A stretch of DNA of 64,000 nt from Candidatus Caldarchaeum sp. (GCA_038831915.1 JAWBKB010000006.1:1-64000); one strand, 5' to 3'. Shown: positions 9,021 to 19,993, counted from the stretch's first letter. Numbers and translations: made by a program. Notes: generated from the sequence alone by a model not told the origin.

Positions 9021-12000
9021 ATGGACGCCGCCGCTCCGAGACGATACGACCCTCGCGTCGTTGAGGAATGGGTTAGAAATTTTTGGGCGGAGAAACAAGT
9101 CGTCAAAAAAGCTCTCGAGCTTAACAGCGACGGCCCCTTGTTTTCGTTTCTCGAAGGCCCCCCAACGGTAAACGGTTATATGCACATCGGACATACGAGG
9201 GGTCGTGTCTACAAAGACATCGTGCTGCGATACAAAACCATGAACTCGTTCAGAGTTTGGCGAAGGGCTGGATGGGACTGCCAAGGTCTTCCCACCGAAA
9301 TCGAGGTGGAGAAAAAGCTGGGAATTACCAGTAAACGTGACATCGAACGGATTGGAATAGATAAATTTGTAGAAGAAGCGTGGAGAGTCGTCGACCATTA
9401 TCTCAGTCATTGGCGGAAAGCCAGTGAAATGCTCGGCCTATGGCTTGACTATGACACTGCCTACGAAACCCGTAAAGACGAATACATGGAGCATGTTTGG
9501 CATCTCCTGAAACGAGCTGACGAAACCGGTGACTTGGTTGAAAGCCTAAGGGTTGTTCCGACATGTCCACACTGCGAAACAGCTCTTTCACAGCACGAGC
9601 TTGCACAGGGATACGAAGAAGTCACCGACCCATCCATTTACGTAAAAATGCCACTCGTAAACGGAGGATACGTAATCATTTGGACCACGACGCCGTGGAC
9701 ACTTCCCGGCAATGAAGCTATCGCGGTCAAGCCCAACGCAAAATACGTTGAACTCCATGTTAACGGTGAAAAATGGTTCGTCGCGGAAAAACTACTGGAC
9801 AGATTCGTCGAAGAAACCAAATTGACAAATTACCGTATAGCCAGCAGTTTCGAAGGAGAATATTTTGTAGGCAAACGCTACGTTCATCCACTCGTCGACG
9901 AAGTTCCACTGCATCGAAACGAAGAGCACTTCATCGTTCCTTCGGACTTCGTGACACTTGAAGAGGGCACGGGTTTCGTCCACATCGCCCCGGGCCACGG
10001 ACCGGAAGACTTTGAACTCGGCCAGAGACATGGACTCAAAACCTTCTGTCCGGTAAACCAGTCGGGATATTTCACTTCCGAGGGCGGAAAATACGCCGGA
10101 TTATCAGTATGGGACGCGTCCGAAAAAGTAGTCAAAGACTTACAGAACAAACAACTCCTCGTTAAACAATCCGAAATATTGCATACTTATCCGCATTGCT
10201 GGCGATGCGGCAGCAAGCTCATTTACCTAGCCAGCGTACAATGGTTTTTGAAGGTTGACCGAATCAAAGAACGGATGATAGAGGAGAACAAATCTGTCAA
10301 GTGGTGGCCTGAATGGGCTGGGTCGAATCGTTTCGGCGACTGGCTGGCAAACGCTCAGGACTGGTGTATTTCAAGAAGCAAGGTCTGGGGAACGCCGTTA
10401 AACGTTTGGAAATGCGAATCATGCGACAATAAAAGAGTTTTGGGCTCGATGCAGGAGCTTGAAGATGCTATCGAGAAACCCCCGGTCAAGAGACTTCACA
10501 GACCTTGGATTGACATGTACGTGTTCAAATGCAACAGCTGCGGAGGAATGATGAAACGTGTCCCGTTTGTTCTCGATACCTGGCTCGACTCAGGAGTGGC
10601 CTTCTACGCTAGCGTAGATGCTCTGAGAAACAGTGAGCTGTTTCAGAAACTCTTCCCCTACGACTTTATCACCGAGGCTATCGACCAAACACGGGGATGG
10701 TTCTACACACTGCTATTCACCTCGACGATTTTAATGGGTAAAGCCCCGTTCAAATCAGTTCTCAACCAGGGTCATGTCCTCGACGAATTCGGGAAAAAGA
10801 TGTCGAAGTCGAGAGGTAACGTGGTTTGGGCGATGGACGCGTTTCAGAGATACGGTGTTGACCCGCTCAGAATATATCTCGTCAAAAAGGCGGAGCCATG
10901 GAGCACAATTAACTTCGTCCCGTCAGAGATTGACGAAACGGTGGAAGACCTAAACATCTTGTGGAACGTTTTCCTATTCACTTTGACTTACCAAGAGCTT
11001 GACCGTTACGACCCGGCGAAACACAACCTCGAAAACTATCTCAACTACTTAAGGCTCGAGGATAAATGGATTCTATCACGCGTCAACGACGTAGTTTCAA
11101 AAGTAACTGCTCTGCTGGAGGAAATGGAAATTCACAGAGCGGTAAGAGAAATTCTGTCTTTCGTCGTCGACGACTTGAGCCGCACCTACCTACGAAGCGT
11201 GAGAAGAATAGTTTGGACGGACGCCGAAACTCCCGAAAAATATGCGGCGTATGCCTGCCTCAACTACGTGTTAAAAAGAACATTTGTTTTGCTGGCTCCT
11301 ATCGCACCGCATCTAGCTGAATATCTTTACCAGAGAATTAAAAGCCCAGCAGACAAAGAAAGCATACATTTTGAAAAATGGCCGAGCATGGACACAAGGT
11401 TTTACGACCAGACATTGCTTTCGCGAATGAACGTGGCGAGAGATGTGCTCACAACTGTTTTGGCCGCACGGCAGAGAGGAGGAAGAAAACTTCGTTCACC
11501 TGTCTCACGCATAATCCTCATCCCCAAAACCTTGGAAGCCTATGAGTCATTAAAAACTTTCGAAACATTTCTCAAAGAAAGCACAAATACCGAAACAATC
11601 GTGATAACCGAACCCGGTTCGCAGTTCGAAGAAGCCAACTGGGTTGTCGAAGCCGAGTTATCTCAAGCAGGACCCCTGCTTGGCAAACAGCTACCTCATC
11701 TCCTGAATTATCTAAAAAACAGTGACGGAAACCAATTGAGGCAGGAACTGGAAACAAAAAACGGGTTAACAGTTGCTTTTCCAGACGGTGAAAAATTCCT
11801 TCCAAAATCCCTATTCAAAGTCAAGCGCGTGATTCCGGAAAGATATTCTCAAGGCGAAAACGTACACGCAGAAGTCTACGTGGACCTAGCCGTTTCAGAG
11901 GAACTTGAAGCCATCTCGGCTGCCAAAGAACTCATCCGAAGAATTCAGGTGATGCGGAAAGAACAGAACCTGAATCTTTTGGAAAAAATTGAATGCGTTG

Positions 12001-12206
12001 TTCAGACAGAAGACGAAACGTTCAAACATTTCTGCGCGATGAAAAGGAAGTTTATCGAGTCGGAGACAAGAGCTGAATTGAAGTTTCTTGGTTTGAACGA
12101 AGTTTTCCCTGACGGGTATGTGGTAAAGTCGTGGGATATAGACGGTGTAGCCGTGAAAATAGGCTTCCGACGAACCGCTAATAATACTTATAACATCCCC
12201 GACTGA
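9021..12206 (+). CDS. ileS: Isoleucine--tRNA ligase (archaeal/eukaryotic type)
   Basis: EGPPTVNG..HIGH, GWDCQGLP, WTTTPWTLPGN, DWCISR, DQTRGWF, KMSKS. Confidence 0.97.
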   Translation: MDAAAPRRYDPRVVEEWVRNFWAEKQVVKKALELNSDGPLFSFLEGPPTVNGYMHIGHTRGRVYKDIVLRYKTMNSFRVWRRAGWDCQGLPTEIEVEKKLGITSKRDIERIGIDKFVEEAWRVVDHYLSHWRKASEMLGLWLDYDTAYETRKDEYMEHVWHLLKRADETGDLVESLRVVPTCPHCETALSQHELAQGYEEVTDPSIYVKMPLVNGGYVIIWTTTPWTLPGNEAIAVKPNAKYVELHVNGEKWFVAEKLLDRFVEETKLTNYRIASSFEGEYFVGKRYVHPLVDEVPLHRNEEHFIVPSDFVTLEEGTGFVHIAPGHGPEDFELGQRHGLKTFCPVNQSGYFTSEGGKYAGLSVWDASEKVVKDLQNKQLLVKQSEILHTYPHCWRCGSKLIYLASVQWFLKVDRIKERMIEENKSVKWWPEWAGSNRFGDWLANAQDWCISRSKVWGTPLNVWKCESCDNKRVLGSMQELEDAIEKPPVKRLHRPWIDMYVFKCNSCGGMMKRVPFVLDTWLDSGVAFYASVDALRNSELFQKLFPYDFITEAIDQTRGWFYTLLFTSTILMGKAPFKSVLNQGHVLDEFGKKMSKSRGNVVWAMDAFQRYGVDPLRIYLVKKAEPWSTINFVPSEIDETVEDLNILWNVFLFTLTYQELDRYDPAKHNLENYLNYLRLEDKWILSRVNDVVSKVTALLEEMEIHRAVREILSFVVDDLSRTYLRSVRRIVWTDAETPEKYAAYACLNYVLKRTFVLLAPIAPHLAEYLYQRIKSPADKESIHFEKWPSMDTRFYDQTLLSRMNVARDVLTTVLAARQRGGRKLRSPVSRIILIPKTLEAYESLKTFETFLKESTNTETIVITEPGSQFEEANWVVEAELSQAGPLLGKQLPHLLNYLKNSDGNQLRQELETKNGLTVAFPDGEKFLPKSLFKVKRVIPERYSQGENVHAEVYVDLAVSEELEAISAAKELIRRIQVMRKEQNLNLLEKIECVVQTEDETFKHFCAMKRKFIESETRAELKFLGLNEVFPDGYVVKSWDIDGVAVKIGFRRTANNTYNIPD

Positions 12207-12218
12207 GCATACGCTGTC

Positions 12219-12881
12219 ATGGTTAACCCGAAGATAGGCATTCTCCTCGGCGCGGTCGGCGTCCTCGTCGTCCTTCTACCCATTGTCGCCCTATTTCTCA
12301 CGGGCGGATACAATTCCCCCATCCAACAGTTTTATGACAGACCTTTAGCACCAGGCCTGCCAGCCGGCCTAATTTTGACACTTGCCGGCGCAGCCATAAC
12401 AGCTGTAGGTCTAGTGCTGTTCGTGAGAGGGATGAGAACGCTTTCACCATATTCTTCGCCGCTAGGTCCACCCAGAATTTCTAGGAGAAGTGAAAAATCT
12501 CCGGAAGAGCTGGAGGAAATAGAGCGTGAAATTTCATCTTTTCTCGATGACAATCGGCCTACCATGGAGATTAGAACGATGTCGCCGCGTCCTCGACAGC
12601 AATCGGTTGGCCAGCAAGCCGTAGTCGCGAAATCAAAGACAACGGAGCCGAAGTTGATAGTTGTCACCAGGGGAGTTGACATGGTTTGTAAATCATGCGG
12701 AGCAGTTAACCCGATTGGCTCAAAAATCTGCTCTGCATGTAGTGCTGAACTGTTTAAACCAGACCCAAAGGCCACTGTTTGCCCGGTCTGCGGAGCGCCT
12801 TTAGACGAATCTTACAAGATTGGGGAAAACATAGTCTGTGGGCTATGTTTCAGCGAGCTCAAATATGTAGAAACAGGTTAA
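12219..12881 (+). CDS. Membrane protein (2 TM) with C-terminal double zinc ribbon
   Basis: Two hydrophobic helices followed by four CxxC pairs (CKSC, CSAC, CPVC, CGLC). Confidence 0.7.
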   Translation: MVNPKIGILLGAVGVLVVLLPIVALFLTGGYNSPIQQFYDRPLAPGLPAGLILTLAGAAITAVGLVLFVRGMRTLSPYSSPLGPPRISRRSEKSPEELEEIEREISSFLDDNRPTMEIRTMSPRPRQQSVGQQAVVAKSKTTEPKLIVVTRGVDMVCKSCGAVNPIGSKICSACSAELFKPDPKATVCPVCGAPLDESYKIGENIVCGLCFSELKYVETG

Positions 12882-12926
12882 AAACAATGTTAAGTATTTT
12901 AAGGGCTGGAAAACGGTGCAAATAGC

Positions 12927-13157
12927 TTGGAAGCCGTTAAGCCTTTGACCACAATAACCCGGAACCTCAACAAGCCTGTAAAAGTCGTCTTGAAAAACGA
13001 TGTCCGCTATGTAGGAACAATGGTTGAATGCGACGGATACATGAACATGCTTCTCGAACACGTCGTCGAATATCTCGGCGATAGTAAAAGCGCCGGATAT
13101 CCCAAAGTGCTAATCAGGGGAAATAATATTATGTACGTAATTTTTACCGAAAAATAA
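12927..13157 (+). CDS. Sm-like (LSm) RNA-binding protein
   Basis: Sm1 motif (V.LKND..Y.G.M...DGYMNMLL) and Sm2 motif (VLIRGNNI). Confidence 0.92.
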   Translation: MEAVKPLTTITRNLNKPVKVVLKNDVRYVGTMVECDGYMNMLLEHVVEYLGDSKSAGYPKVLIRGNNIMYVIFTEK

Positions 13158-13219
13158 CCGGGTTAAAAAGGGGCTAAGAGGTTAATATTGAGGAGTTTTT
13201 CAGCCTTTCGGAGAAGGAT

Positions 13220-14449
13220 ATGACCACATCTTTTATCACGGTCGAGCCGTTGGACAGAAAGCCCGTGCACATGCAGGAAATAGAAATGGTTGAAAGGAAA
13301 GGCTTGGGACATCCTGATTACATTATTGACAGTGCCTGTGAGGAAGCTTCTCTAAAGCTTTGTGAATATTATCTTTCTCATTTTGGACGTATTCTTCATC
13401 ATAACGTTGACAAAGGACTTTTGGTGGGAGGAAGAGCATACAACACTTTTGGATATGGGAGGCTTGAAGAACCAATAACTATCATTATAGCAGGACGGGC
13501 TTCCACATCTGTAAGAACGGCGACTGGAGAGGAGAAAATTCCCCATAAGCAAATCATCACTGACGCAGTTAGGTCGATGGTAAAGCGGAATTTTCGGTTC
13601 CTCGATTTTGATTCCCATATTCAGCTCGAAATTCGGGTGAGGGAAAGCAGTCCTGACCTTAAAGCTATCGTGGAAAGTGATTCCGCTATGCCTCTTGCGA
13701 ACGACACCTCATACGGCGTTGCCTTTTACCCATTTACTCCTCTCGAAACCATTGTCCTGACCACGGAAAGACATCTCAATTCGCCTGCGTTCAAATCGCG
13801 TGTGAAAGAAAGTGGTGAAGACGTTAAAGTGATGGGTTTGAGGAAAGGCTCGCAGATAACCGTGACTGTTGCAGACGGGATAGTCAGCACCTTGACGAGG
13901 GACCGTGACCACTACATTTCTGTCAAGGAGCAAATCAAGACAGAGGTGGAAAACCTCGCTTCCCGAATCGCGGCTGATTACGATGTCAAGGTTTACGTCA
14001 ACACCGCCGATAAATACGGCACCAACATCAAAGACGGAATCTTCTACCTGACCTTTACGGGGACGAGCGCTGAGCACGGAGACGACGGCAACACGGGGAG
14101 AGGAAACAGAGCCAATGGGTTAATCACTCCGAACAGACAGATGTCGCTTGAAGCAACCGCGGGAAAAAACCCAATTTCACATGTTGGTAAAATTTACAAT
14201 GTCTGCGCTGGTTTAACCGCTCGCCGAATATATGAAGAAACAAAGAAAGTCAAGGAAGTGTATGTGCGGATGCTCAGCCAAATCGGTAGGCCCATCAACC
14301 AACCGCTTTCAGTTTCCGTTCAAGCTATTCCGGAGGACAACTTTAACCTGAACCTTATGCGAGACATCGAAAGCATCGTTTACGACGAAGTCGCTAACAT
14401 CCGAAAAGTTACAGAGCTGATTCTTTCCCGCAAAGTATTAGTTTTTTAA
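13220..14449 (+). CDS. mat: Archaeal-type S-adenosylmethionine synthetase
   Basis: [52 protein letters not shown]. Confidence 0.96.
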   Translation: MTTSFITVEPLDRKPVHMQEIEMVERKGLGHPDYIIDSACEEASLKLCEYYLSHFGRILHHNVDKGLLVGGRAYNTFGYGRLEEPITIIIAGRASTSVRTATGEEKIPHKQIITDAVRSMVKRNFRFLDFDSHIQLEIRVRESSPDLKAIVESDSAMPLANDTSYGVAFYPFTPLETIVLTTERHLNSPAFKSRVKESGEDVKVMGLRKGSQITVTVADGIVSTLTRDRDHYISVKEQIKTEVENLASRIAADYDVKVYVNTADKYGTNIKDGIFYLTFTGTSAEHGDDGNTGRGNRANGLITPNRQMSLEATAGKNPISHVGKIYNVCAGLTARRIYEETKKVKEVYVRMLSQIGRPINQPLSVSVQAIPEDNFNLNLMRDIESIVYDEVANIRKVTELILSRKVLVF

Positions 14450-15168
14450 AGGTGGGCGTCTAGACCGTTTCTTCTTCGGATGATTTTGCTGCATGTTTTC
14501 GGTGTTAAACATCTGAACTCGATTTTGGCTGTCTTGAGGAAAGTTATAGCTGACTTTGTTGCGGATGGTGCGGCGAGTATGGCTCGTGGTTTTTTGCCAA
14601 ATTCCCGACTGAGTTCTTCTACGTATTGCTGCAGCTGCTTCACATCATTAGTCGTTGCGGTTCTTCTTTTGAGCTCGACAACTGTCATGCATCCATTTCG
14701 GTCAACGCCGAAAATATCTACGCGGCCTGTGCGACCCACTTTCCGCTCGTCAGTTAGCGGTGTGAACCCTTCTTCGATTAAATCGGGTTGAAGTAGAACA
14801 GCTTCTTTCATCTCGGCTTCAGAGGCGTACATTTCGAATTCAGCGTCGTCGGACAACTGAAAGGCGTAGGTTTCAGGTTCGTTTAGAAAAACAATTTTTA
14901 GAAGCTCGTTTGCTCTTGAAGCCTTGATTATTCTTCTGCCGTTTTCTTCGATCAATTCAATTTTTGACCGATGAGGTTGCCAGTTTACCGGTTCATGGCC
15001 TATCGGCCTGTGAACGAGAATGCTTCGGTCTTTTTTGATGATGACGATTCTTTCGCCTTTACCAAGTTTGGACACCGCTCTTCCTTCATATTCGATTATG
15101 CAAAGTCCAACCATGATTAGCACATGGCCGGCGGCGAGAGCTTTCCGAGCTTTGTCTAGCCAGCTCAT
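14446..15168 (-). CDS. nucS: Mismatch endonuclease NucS/EndoMS
   Basis: C.IEYEGRA.S.L..GERIVIIKKD.SILVH, PVNWQP, SEAEM, G.VDI, VVELKR, QLQQY. Start at ATG 15168 (MSWLDK). Confidence 0.92.
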   Translation of the reverse strand: MSWLDKARKALAAGHVLIMVGLCIIEYEGRAVSKLGKGERIVIIKKDRSILVHRPIGHEPVNWQPHRSKIELIEENGRRIIKASRANELLKIVFLNEPETYAFQLSDDAEFEMYASEAEMKEAVLLQPDLIEEGFTPLTDERKVGRTGRVDIFGVDRNGCMTVVELKRRTATTNDVKQLQQYVEELSREFGKKPRAILAAPSATKSAITFLKTAKIEFRCLTPKTCSKIIRRRNGLDAHL

Positions 15169-15170
15169 TT

Positions 15171-16508
15171 TTACCGTGGAAGGTTTAGCAGTTCGAGGAT
15201 GTGAATATGTGTGTCTGATTTGACGGGGAAATAGATGAAGAACCAAGCAAGCTGAACCAAGGCAACGCCGTAGAGAACCATACGCGAAAACTTGTCCCCG
15301 CTCAAAATGACCGATAATCCAAGGGCAACTGCAAGAAGAGCAGGGAGAAAGTAGAACGTGTAAACATACCTTTGAAGCAAATGAGCAATGATAAAGTAGG
15401 GGCCGTAGCCTGCAAGAAGCCATGTGAAGACAAATGTTTGTGCGGGGTCTCCTCCGCGTGACTTAACCATGTAGTAAAAAGAATAGATTATCACGAGGAC
15501 GGTTGTCCACCAATATGGGCTGTAAATCCCATAATATGCGATTGGATGCCAAACCCTATCACCTGACGTCGCTGTTACTAAGAAGTATGGGGCCGCTGCG
15601 AACGGAGATATCGGCGATATCCAGCTGAGAGGCAAATCAACGGTAACTCTGTTTCCATTGTTTTCGACGACTGTGCATCGTAGAGGAAGCTCGAATTCCG
15701 AGCAGTTGAAGCGGAGCTGGCTATGATAGGAAAAAATATAGTCAATATGTGCGAAGGGGCTGTTGAAAGCCTTGTAGCTGTAGTCGTATGCAGCAAGCCC
15801 TCCGATAAAAACCACCATACCTATGATCACGACTTTTTCGAAAATGGGTGACCATTCGTAGATTGTTTCGGAAATTTTCCTCCTATGATGATAGATGGTT
15901 ACTAGGCTGAAGGCGAGTAGGCCCACGACATTGAAAAGGATTGAAGTTTTCGAAAGTAGAGAAACTCCTAGAACTGCCGCCGCTGGGATGTATTTTTTCT
16001 CAAGGTAAAGATATGTGCCGAAGAACAGGAAGAAGAAGGCTGGGCCGTCAAGCATAGCTATTGTACCGATGTTGAAAAACATGACATCAGTAGTTAGTAA
16101 GAAAGTCGTGAAAAACGTGTGGCTGCGGTTTTGGGTCAGCCGCCAAACTATTAAGGGGATGAACGCGACAGCCGCTGATGAAAGGAGAGATGGAAAGAAA
16201 CGCCAGCCTAGCGGGTTGTCGCCGAAAATCGTCATTCCTAACGCTATCAAAAGCTTAGAGAGTGGTGGATGTTCGTGGTTGACTGACTCGCCTTTCAAAA
16301 TGCTTCGGACAGCGGGGACATAGTGATTTTCGTCGAACACAAGACCGCCTTCTAAAACCTTTTGGCCGTTTTGTTCGACGACGATTGGTGACGGAGAATT
16401 GATAATCATCAACCTAAGCCCGAAAAGAATGATGAAAGTGGCAAGCGCTAGTATTTGATGAAATTTGAGTTGGCTGAATGATTTTAGGTATGGAGTTGTT
16501 AACGTCAA
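15171..16508 (-). CDS. GT-C glycosyltransferase, protein O-mannosyltransferase (PMT/GT39)-like
   Basis: VFDENHYV, EHPPLSK, GWRF, IAMLD motifs; many TM helices. Confidence 0.8.
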   Translation of the reverse strand: MTLTTPYLKSFSQLKFHQILALATFIILFGLRLMIINSPSPIVVEQNGQKVLEGGLVFDENHYVPAVRSILKGESVNHEHPPLSKLLIALGMTIFGDNPLGWRFFPSLLSSAAVAFIPLIVWRLTQNRSHTFFTTFLLTTDVMFFNIGTIAMLDGPAFFFLFFGTYLYLEKKYIPAAAVLGVSLLSKTSILFNVVGLLAFSLVTIYHHRRKISETIYEWSPIFEKVVIIGMVVFIGGLAAYDYSYKAFNSPFAHIDYIFSYHSQLRFNCSEFELPLRCTVVENNGNRVTVDLPLSWISPISPFAAAPYFLVTATSGDRVWHPIAYYGIYSPYWWTTVLVIIYSFYYMVKSRGGDPAQTFVFTWLLAGYGPYFIIAHLLQRYVYTFYFLPALLAVALGLSVILSGDKFSRMVLYGVALVQLAWFFIYFPVKSDTHIHILELLNLPR

Positions 16509-18007
16509 TTTATTTTGCCTCGTATTTTCGCCATGTAAGGTCCGAAATCTGTGTAGCCGAGCTTTCGGTAATATGCCTTAACCCCGACACCGCTGATGAC
16601 TATAACTTTTCCAAGTCCGTGTTCTAGGAAAATCATGTTTTCGGCTTCCTTCATCAATCTTCTTCCAATACCTCGGTGCTGTGATGTAGTTTCGTCGGTT
16701 GGTTCGCCGACTTTTTTCATCGCACCGTATACGTGAAGCTCTCTCACCAATCCCGCGTCTTCCAGCTCGGGCCTCAAAGCTCTGGGTGGAATTCGCACTC
16801 TGACAAAACCAAGCAATGCGTCAGCGTCTTCGTCTTCCGCTGACACGAAGTAATCGAGACCCCTGGAACTGCGATAGCGTAATATTTTGATCACGGCTTT
16901 GTTTGGGTCAACTTTTTTACCCACATGACTGTGCTCCCGACATCTAATGCATCTACACGAGTTGCCGACAGCTTTCTCGACCACTTGACGAAGGTTCGGA
17001 ATATGTAGGCCATCGAGAGAAATGTGCAGCGGAATTTCTCGCTGAATTCTTGAAATCCTGACGTATGGAGGTACACGCCGCATGAATTCAACCAACATTT
17101 TCATAAGCTCTTCGTCGGGATATGGCTTGTAAACACCTTTCCTCCACATAGTTTCTAAACCTGTGCCGGGTAGAACAAGCGTTGGATAGATTTTCAACTG
17201 GTCGGGCCTGAATCTTTCATCTTCAAACATTTTCGTAAACATCTCTAGGTCTTTTTGCGGAGAGGAGCCGGGCAAGTTTGGCATGATATGGTAGCAGACT
17301 TTGAATGACGTGTCTTTTAGGTCTGCAGTGGCTTCTACCACGTCTTCCAGCGTGTGGCCCCTGTTGACAATTCTAAGAATTTCGTCATCAAGAACCTGAA
17401 CGCCGATTTCAACCCGTGTAACGCCGTATTCCACGAGCCGGGTGGCGATTTCCTTCTTCGCCCAGTCCGGCTTTGTTTCAACCGTTATCCCCGAAACATG
17501 AATGGGAGATTTCTCGCACACCTTCAAAGCCTCCTCAAGTGAATTGGTGTAAACACCTGTTAGCGCGTCCAAACATTCTTTGATGAAGTTCCGCTGAAAA
17601 TCTTCACTTGTCGCTGTGAACGTTCCGCCGATGATGATGAGCTCGACTTTGTCGACGGAATGGCCCATCTTACGCAGTTTCTCGACGGATGCTTCGACTT
17701 GTTTGCGCGGGTCGTAGCCGTGTAGGGATGCCGTTTTGACAACGGCTTCTTCACCCGTGTAGCTCTGCGGCGTGCCAAACGGTGCCCCACCCGGACAGTA
17801 AATGCATTTTCCATGAGGGCAGGAGAAAATGGGAGCGACCACGGTGATAACAGAAACTCCGGAAGAAGTCTTGACAGGTTTCTTTGCGACGGCCACACCC
17901 TTCAACGACGCGAGTTCATCGTCGGAAGGATACTTATCTAGCTTCAGCTCAGCCGCGAGTTGCTTCTTCAGTCTTTCCGCCTCACGCCTAGTAAGCACCG
18001 TGGTCAA
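16505..18007 (-). CDS. elp3: tRNA uridine(34) acetyltransferase Elp3
   Basis: Radical SAM CPHGKCIYCPGG, PQSYTGEE, LKIYPTLV, VRELHVYG, QHRGIG, VISGVGV..YY. Confidence 0.95.
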   Translation of the reverse strand: MTTVLTRREAERLKKQLAAELKLDKYPSDDELASLKGVAVAKKPVKTSSGVSVITVVAPIFSCPHGKCIYCPGGAPFGTPQSYTGEEAVVKTASLHGYDPRKQVEASVEKLRKMGHSVDKVELIIIGGTFTATSEDFQRNFIKECLDALTGVYTNSLEEALKVCEKSPIHVSGITVETKPDWAKKEIATRLVEYGVTRVEIGVQVLDDEILRIVNRGHTLEDVVEATADLKDTSFKVCYHIMPNLPGSSPQKDLEMFTKMFEDERFRPDQLKIYPTLVLPGTGLETMWRKGVYKPYPDEELMKMLVEFMRRVPPYVRISRIQREIPLHISLDGLHIPNLRQVVEKAVGNSCRCIRCREHSHVGKKVDPNKAVIKILRYRSSRGLDYFVSAEDEDADALLGFVRVRIPPRALRPELEDAGLVRELHVYGAMKKVGEPTDETTSQHRGIGRRLMKEAENMIFLEHGLGKVIVISGVGVKAYYRKLGYTDFGPYMAKIRGKIN

Positions 18008-18008
18008 A

Positions 18009-18944
18009 TTAGCGTCTCCTTCTAACCGAACGACATATCGAAGCGATATTTTTAAGGGCTTTCAGATATCTCGGTCCCAAAGGACCGGCAAAAACTATTT
18101 CACCATATCCCATTGCCAAAGCTTCCGAAACAAACCCCTCAAGTTGGCTCGGTTTACCGTAGAAACTGAAGAATTTCACCCAATCGTCTTTCGCCACATG
18201 ATATAGTTCATCCCACTGTCGCGTGGCCAAAAGCTTTTCAACTTCTTCGCGATGTTCATCGGTAACACCTGCCTTTTCGAGATGTTTCTCTGATGCTCCA
18301 GTCATAAGGTATGCGGCGTAGGGCACAGCTGTTTTCCATGCTTTTTCTATGTCATCATGAACGGACGTGATGACGTATGCGGCCTTCGCAAAGGCTTTTT
18401 TCCCTTCTGACGCGATGTGTTTCAGCGAGTTACGCAGCATTTCTAAATTCGACCAGTTGACCAGCACACCGTCAGCCACAACCGAAGCAGCTTCCATCAT
18501 CCGAGGGCTTTGTGCGCCTACGTAAATTTTTAGGTCCGGGATCTTGTAGGTGTCGAGTTTAGTCAGATATTCTCGCATGGTTTCGACGGCTTTGACGACT
18601 TTTTCGACTGGTTTTTCCCGCACAAAGCCGAGCTGTTTTAGCGAGCTGGCGTCTCCAGCACCAACGGCAAACCTAACTCGGCCTGGACAAAGCTCCCACA
18701 ACGTCGCCGCGTTCTGAGCCATCAAAACAGGATGAACCACATATGGGTTTACGACAGCCGGACCCAGCAAAATTCTCCGAGTATAACGCGATAAAGTCGC
18801 CAGCGTAATGAAACAATTCCTGTTAAAGAAATGGTCGCTGACCCAAATACCGTCAAATCCGTGCCGCTCAATCAAAACAGAGGCCATCGAAAGTTTCCAC
18901 AAAGGATCCTTTGGCACGACCTCAACCGAGAAAGAAACATTCAT
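18009..18944 (-). CDS. LLM-class (Mer-like, probably F420-dependent) oxidoreductase
   Basis: GFDGIWVSDHF.NR, LGPAVVNPY..HP, IYVGAQSPRM, ADGVLVN. Confidence 0.82.
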   Translation of the reverse strand: MNVSFSVEVVPKDPLWKLSMASVLIERHGFDGIWVSDHFFNRNCFITLATLSRYTRRILLGPAVVNPYVVHPVLMAQNAATLWELCPGRVRFAVGAGDASSLKQLGFVREKPVEKVVKAVETMREYLTKLDTYKIPDLKIYVGAQSPRMMEAASVVADGVLVNWSNLEMLRNSLKHIASEGKKAFAKAAYVITSVHDDIEKAWKTAVPYAAYLMTGASEKHLEKAGVTDEHREEVEKLLATRQWDELYHVAKDDWVKFFSFYGKPSQLEGFVSEALAMGYGEIVFAGPLGPRYLKALKNIASICRSVRRRR

Positions 18945-19153
18945 AGAAATTCACCTTTTAAAGCACGCTTCGTTTTATCAGGCTCGCTCAACCTACAAGC
19001 TTTTACGAGCAGTTTGAACTGTCTTTTTCGACTAAGCCGGTTGGTCATAAACGCTTCAAAAATCAGCCAGCCTAGCATAGGCGGGACAGAGTTAGAATTG
19101 ACGCTTGACATCAAAACTTCCAGAAGTTGTTCGACTTGCTGTTTTCGGCTCAT
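18941..19153 (-). CDS. Small hypothetical protein
   Basis: 70-aa ORF coupled to the downstream LLM gene by a 4-bp overlap; fills the operon gap. Confidence 0.6.
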   Translation of the reverse strand: MSRKQQVEQLLEVLMSSVNSNSVPPMLGWLIFEAFMTNRLSRKRQFKLLVKACRLSEPDKTKRALKGEFL

Positions 19154-19159
19154 TCTTCA

Positions 19160-19993
19160 TCATGCTTTTAGAAAATCCAATATAACGTTGTTGACCACGT
19201 CTGCGTTTTCTTCATGAACAGCGTGGCCCGCTTATAGGTCGATGAAAACTCGAGCGCCGATTTCCTCCGCAAGTTTCCGGTTCAGCTCGTATGGAACCAA
19301 ATTATCCCGGCCGCCCAACACAAACAAAACAGGACACCTTACATTTCTGACATAGGTCAAATCAAAGTCACTAATAATGTACATGGCGTCAACCAGTGTT
19401 GTTCCTGCAAGCTTTACCGACTGATAATATGCTTCGACCATCTCCGCGCTTTGAAGAGCTGGTTTCAAGTAAACCTGCTTCACCACGTTTCGAATGAAAG
19501 ATTTGCGGACAATCATCCAGCTGAATAGGTTGTAGAAAGGTTTAACAGACAAAAGGCGGACGGGTATCCTGCGGGCGCCGAACCGAGAGCCGAAAAGTGC
19601 GGGATTGATAAGGACAAGTTTTCTAACGTGTCCGGGATAGTTAGCGGCCAAGTACGACGCTATTGCGCCCCCCATAGACATACCGGCGAGATAAAATTGC
19701 GCGACACCAATTTTGTTGAGAAATTTGACGATATGTTCAGCCAGGGCTTTAAGACGGAGTTTGGTAGGGAGTTTTTGAGAGTACCCGAAGCCAGGAAAGT
19801 CAGGCACTACTACTCGATAGTGTTGAGCCAAGACAGGCCAGTTAAAACGCCAACTGAAAGAAGAAGAGGCCCAGCCGTGAAGAAGCACAACCGCTTCACC
19901 ATCACCTCTGTCGATGTAGAAAACATCAACTCCATCAACATCGACCTTCGAACCCAGCTGAAAATGTTCGCTCCAACTAACCAACCTAATCAA
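19160..19993 (-). pseudogene. Alpha/beta hydrolase interrupted by one in-frame TAA (19232-19234)
   Basis: LLHGW, GMSMGG elbow, GGRD acid. After FIDL-TAA the same frame continues AGHAVHEENADVVNNVILDFLKA-TGA, which carries the catalytic His. Confidence 0.8.

Noticed and set aside
15169-15423. Long Cys-rich N-terminus of NucS
   Set aside because: Overlaps the upstream glycosyltransferase in another frame; the real start is 15168.
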